Shown piece after piece: positions 59,854 to 64,000 of a stretch of DNA of 64,000 bases. The DNA lies in contig NC_088811.1 of the NCBI RefSeq assembly GCF_011386835.1, forward strand, positions 13,888,001 to 13,952,000, written 5' to 3'. The number at the start of each line of letters is the position of its first letter. The stretch's first letter is position 1. Position numbers and translations under genes: made by a program. The stretch comes from Chrysemys picta bellii (Eukaryota). The notes beneath the pieces are model-generated. The model had not been told where the DNA came from. It did not search any database and saw only the letters and a list, made by a program, of their open reading frames with translations.

Positions 59854-61507
59854 TAACTTAAGCATTTGTCTCAGTGCTTTCCTGAATTGGGACCCGAGTG
59901 TTTGAATGATTTGTGCTCAGTCCTGCTAAGCGCCTCCTGAGAGATGTGTCAATCCCTCAGTTCTCATGGTCTTGAAGACACATTGAGGGTTCTCATCCCT
60001 TCTCCAAGGACGCTCGCTACTCTACAGAAAAGGGCTCGAAGACAAGTGAAATCAGTTACTGAGTGCAGTACACGAGGACGTTCTCAGCTGGTACAGGATA
60101 TGGGAAAGGATATGGATATGGCATGTAGGAGTAGAAATCGTTTACTCCTAAGAGCCAGACTGGGAACCCTTTATTCTGAGCAGATGAGATTCTGTGCTGT
60201 GCCTTAAAGGGCTACAGCACAAAACTTGCAGCCTAGGGGAAGGGGAGGCTAAGGCATCTGCAAACCACATTCCCAAGCTGCCCAAATTCTGCAGCGCTAT
60301 GTGCCTGCGGCTTTTCTTCTCTGTTACTGCATCAGGGGGATTCTCTTATTGCTCATGTGGTCTTTCGATGGCCAAGTTCATCCCGAGTGTCTGGGGGTGG
60401 TTGTTGTTGATCCCTGTGTGTCTCCAGGAGACACATAACACCTACCAGTTGTAATCGGTACACATTTTGGCTATACGGTCACTAAAATATAACAATCTCC
60501 TAGGTGACCTGTTTGGATCTGACCTAAGTCAGTAATGACAGAAAGCAGTTACCATTGGAGGACTCTGTAAAATGAGTTGATTTTTCGCGCTGTTTTGAAA
60601 TATCTGATCAGGGAAAAGAGTACAGATTTGTGTTCTCTCTGCAAGGTGAGACTTTCTTACCTTGCATTCCATTCATAGCCCCTTCTCGCTGGGTGCGTGT
60701 TTCGTTGTGGAATTGTGAGCCAGGTGTTTCTGATTCAGCACCGCTAACCTTGGCCCTCAATATATTGTATTCTGCAGCTCTCTGCTAAAGTCATCAAGAC
60801 TTACATAGTCAATAGAGATGTCAAGCCAGTAAATCGAATGGAAGAAATACTATTTGAAGGAGAAAATTAGCTGGGTTCTCTATATAGGTATTTATGGCAC
60901 AAGGCTAGAATAGGCTTCGCAGTCATCTAGGTACAGAAATCATTTTCCGAACTCCGAGATGAAACGGTGTCGATCGTTAATCTTCTCGCATGTTATTTTG
61001 GTTAACAAAGATCCAACTTTTCCTGATGACTTCTCAAATGCTTCGTGACAACGGTGCCGTGCTCTCCCAGTAGCTTAATGCAAACGTTTAGTTATTCATA
61101 TGCCATAGACTTCACAGATCAAATTTGTGTCCAACTTCACTCCATCCAGCATAATATTTGTAGCCTGCCTGCAGGAGAAAATAGCAGTACTGCAGTGAAC
61201 AGATATTTTTTCCCCTGGAGTCAAACACTATGGTGCTGCTCCGTGGGTAGAGTAAATGGGCATACTTTACTGACTTCAGCGGAGCGATGCCCGTTTCCAC
61301 CAGCTGAGAACCAATAGCATTGACTGAGGTCAGGAGGAGCCGTGGGGGCTCAGCACCTCTAGAAATCAGGTCTGATGGCATTTTTCTGGAGGGGACTGAT
61401 TTGAATTGTGGTGAATGTGGAGTGATGTTTTAATACTTTAGAATTACTCAAGCAGGTCAGCGGCCAAACGAACAAATGCAGAAGCACAACTGGACTAATT
61501 CTTTTGT

Positions 61508-62107
61508 TGTAATAAGTGAACTGAGGTGAAGTCACAGTTTTAGGGTCACTGCGCCTGTATTCCCCCCTCCCTCCCGTGGTCCCTTGAAGGCATCCACTTG
61601 AAGTTTCTGGCCCCCAGCCATCACCTCTCTTAGGTGGAGACCTGCGTCTCTCACTCCTGACCAGAGTTTTAAGGCTGCAGGGCTCCTATGCTGTGATATC
61701 CCCAACAGGCCAGTGCCTGTGCTTTGCTATCCCCCGAGGGCTATGAACAGTGCATTCCCAGCAGTTACAAGTTACGACACCGCTTTTTCTAATAAGCACG
61801 TTTATTCTTAAGGTAAAAGCATCACAGAGAAAACATACAAAATACAATAGAAGTTCCTATATGTATCCTAAAAGCTTATCCACGTCACCCACCATATTTA
61901 TGGGCCTTTCCAATTCTTCTGCAACGGTTGGGGCCCCCCATGGGCAGAATGTCCTGTCTGTTTGCTGGATCAGAAGGAAGGTCCTCATTCAGTTTAAATG
62001 CAGCCTTTTTATATCAAAAGCCCTTTCTTTATCTGTTGGTCTCTGAAAATCCTAGTCTGAACCAGTACCCAGCGGGTGGCTCCTCTCTGGAGGTGTTTAC
62101 AAACTAA
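61508..62107 (-). mobile_element. LTR-like fragment, interrupted by the 62108 MITE; right end undefined
   Basis: Starts TGTAA. Minus-strand AATAAA (TTTATT at about 61801) and TATA-like (TTTTATAT at about 62007). Layout resembles 6913-8086. No TSD found. Confidence 0.4.
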
Positions 62108-62377
62108 GGGCTTGTCTGCACTACGTGCCTGGATCGGCAGGTAGAAATCGATCTCTCAGGGATCGATTTATCATGTCTCGTTGGGACGCGATAATCGATC
62201 CCCGAATTGACGCGCGTACTCCACCAGCCCAGGTAGGAGTAAGCGCCGTCGACCGTTGATTTGCCGCTGTCCTCACAGCGGGGTAAATCGGATCAGATAC
62301 GTCGAATTCAGCTACGCTGTTCCCGTAGCTGAATTTGCGTATCTGAAATCGATCCCTCCCGTAGAGTAGACGTAGCC
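62108..62377. mobile_element. PIF/Harbinger MITE
   Basis: TIRs GGGCTTGTCTGCACT and AGAGTAGACGTAGCC; TAA TSD on both sides; internal palindrome AATTCAGCTACG...CGTAGCTGAATT. Confidence 0.9.
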
Positions 62378-63369
62378 TAAGTGATTTGGTGCCTGGAGGA
62401 GCTGTAGTGATCCTCCCCTCTGGAGTTACAGGCAACCCCTGGCCCACAGTGATACACAAACCATTCGTAAACTTATCTGATGCAGATGTGATTAGTACTA
62501 ATTATACATTAGCACATGTATCGGTGCCTTAAAAGGGAAGGGCGAATATTTATGCTTGATACAATTAAACCATGTGTCTGCCATGTAAAACCTGCATTAT
62601 GCGAAGGGGAAGAATTTCATTTATGATGTAGCAGTGCCACTCCTTAAGGGATATAAGACTGCCAGTAATAATGACAAAGTGCTTGATTAGTCCTATATGT
62701 CCTGATTTGTCTTTCACTAAGCACCTTGCTCTGTAAGAGCCTCATTCCATGGAAACAAGGCATATTATTTATGTCGATACCTCCCCTAGTTAGAGAGTGT
62801 CTGATTCTTGGAACATTTTCTCCACCAGAGATGCAAAGGCTGCATAATAACAATAAATGAGATTTAAAGCAGATGGAGAAAATTTCAGTCTATACTGAAA
62901 TCACTTAGTGCCAACATTAGCCTGACTCCCGTGTTAGTTACTTCGATAACGTTTATTTACTAGTGTGATTTTCTAATACCTAGATTCTGCTCCCCATCAA
63001 CAATCCATCTATTTAATTCCTTGTCCACAGATGCTATAGTAAGTGTTTAAAACAACCCGAGTCCCATACAAAGCAGCGTAAGGATCGGAGTGCTCGTTTC
63101 CTTTGTAAAGAAATAAAGCAAAATGTGCATCCTGCACAGTGGCTGGTATTTTCAGAGGCGCCTATAGGAGTTAGTCACCCAAATCCCATTGAAGATCTTA
63201 GTTTCTTTTGAAAATCCCGGCTCATGTGTTTACCAGCATTCTGCCCCTGTGTGTAGGGGTTTGTGGATGAAAATGAGATTTGCATGCTTTATCTATGGGC
63301 TTGTTTCCTATCGTCTGTGGTGAGAACTCCGATAGTTTGTGTGCTTGTATTGTGCCATCCATCTGTAGA

Positions 63370-63530
63370 TCCCAGGGCACTTTACAAATAAGTCTGTCAA
63401 CCCTCTGCAGATAAATATGGTCCCATTTTATGATTGGAGAGACTGAGGCACACAGGGGTTAAGTCACATGCCCCAGGACAGACAGGCTGCAATTGGTAGG
63501 GCCAGGGATAGAACCTAGATCTCAGTTGTT
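63370..63530 (-). mobile_element. MIR-type SINE
   Basis: CCCATTTTATGATTGGAGAGACTGAGGCACACAGGGGTTAAGTCACATGCCCCAGG...GGATAGAACCTAGATCTC. Confidence 0.8.
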
Positions 63531-64000
63531 TCATTCATCTATAAGTCTGTCTTTTCTCCCCGTCTGTGTAGAGAACAATAGCAGACTTGACACGCTAGAA
63601 TGAATGACTTCGACAACCATATCCATATGTAGTAGATTGGAGAACCAGAGCAGACCGACAGTGTTTAATCCCAGAGGGTAAGCTAGCAATGACACGAACA
63701 CTGGCTTTTATTTTGCTTGAGACTTGATTTAGCTGATACAGAAAGCTTGGTAACTCTGTTTCCCTTCTTTAAAAACCCAAGCTGACTTACTTAGCATCTA
63801 GTCTCTGAATGCTTAACAAGAAAAAAACCTGTCTTCCCATAGTAGCATCAGTGAATTCCCTCAAGGATACAGTTCTCCAAGGAGCAGTCTTTACACAAGC
63901 AGTGCAGCTAGCTAGCTCGAGAAGTTAGGGCTTCATAATTCAACATTAATTTATATCTTCTCAGTGTAAGTTATGGCTGTCACTAGAGATCAAGTGACAT

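Noticed and set aside
16180-61040. Other CTGATGA/CTGAAGA/CTGACGA motifs as intact hammerheads (e.g. 16184, 23830, 31997, 61023)
   Set aside because: None is followed by a pairable stem II and GAAA.
1-64000. Endogenous viral element or autonomous transposase/RT gene
   Set aside because: No ORF shows RT, integrase, DDE transposase, capsid or polymerase motifs. The only TE protein remnants are CR1 ORF2 C-termini.

Overview
This is 64 kb of essentially non-coding vertebrate DNA, very probably from a turtle. The evidence is a tRNA-derived polIII-type SINE with a CR1-like 3' end, two CR1 subfamilies, and many GC-rich hAT and Harbinger MITEs of the kind common in turtle genomes. I cannot support any complete protein-coding gene, rRNA, true tRNA or CRISPR array. 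The only recognisable protein sequence in the ORF track is CR1 ORF2 C-terminal remnant, and the long GC-rich ORFs lie wholly or largely inside transposons. About 50 repeat fragments can be delimited, many with readable TIRs and target-site duplications (TSDs), and several are nested two or three deep. Between them lie unique, CpG-retaining, motif-rich blocks that look like conserved non-coding elements near a developmental gene, plus a few isolated exon-like segments on the + strand. The best leads are: (1) a bulge-free 36-bp pre-miRNA-like hairpin at 54955-55038, inside an old foldback MITE, whose transition-type imperfections are all G.U pairs; (2) a 208-bp TGTAAC...GTTATA element with a 4-bp TSD that carries Pol III A/B boxes; (3) Penelope-type terminal relics, one with a decayed hammerhead ribozyme; (4) a 484-bp, about 99% identical tandem duplication that breaks inside a MITE; (5) a TALE/homeodomain-motif CpG block at about 16.2 kb and an EGR1/Sp1 minisatellite at 32.4 kb. 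Repeat family names come from terminal signatures and my recollection of the families, not from database searches.
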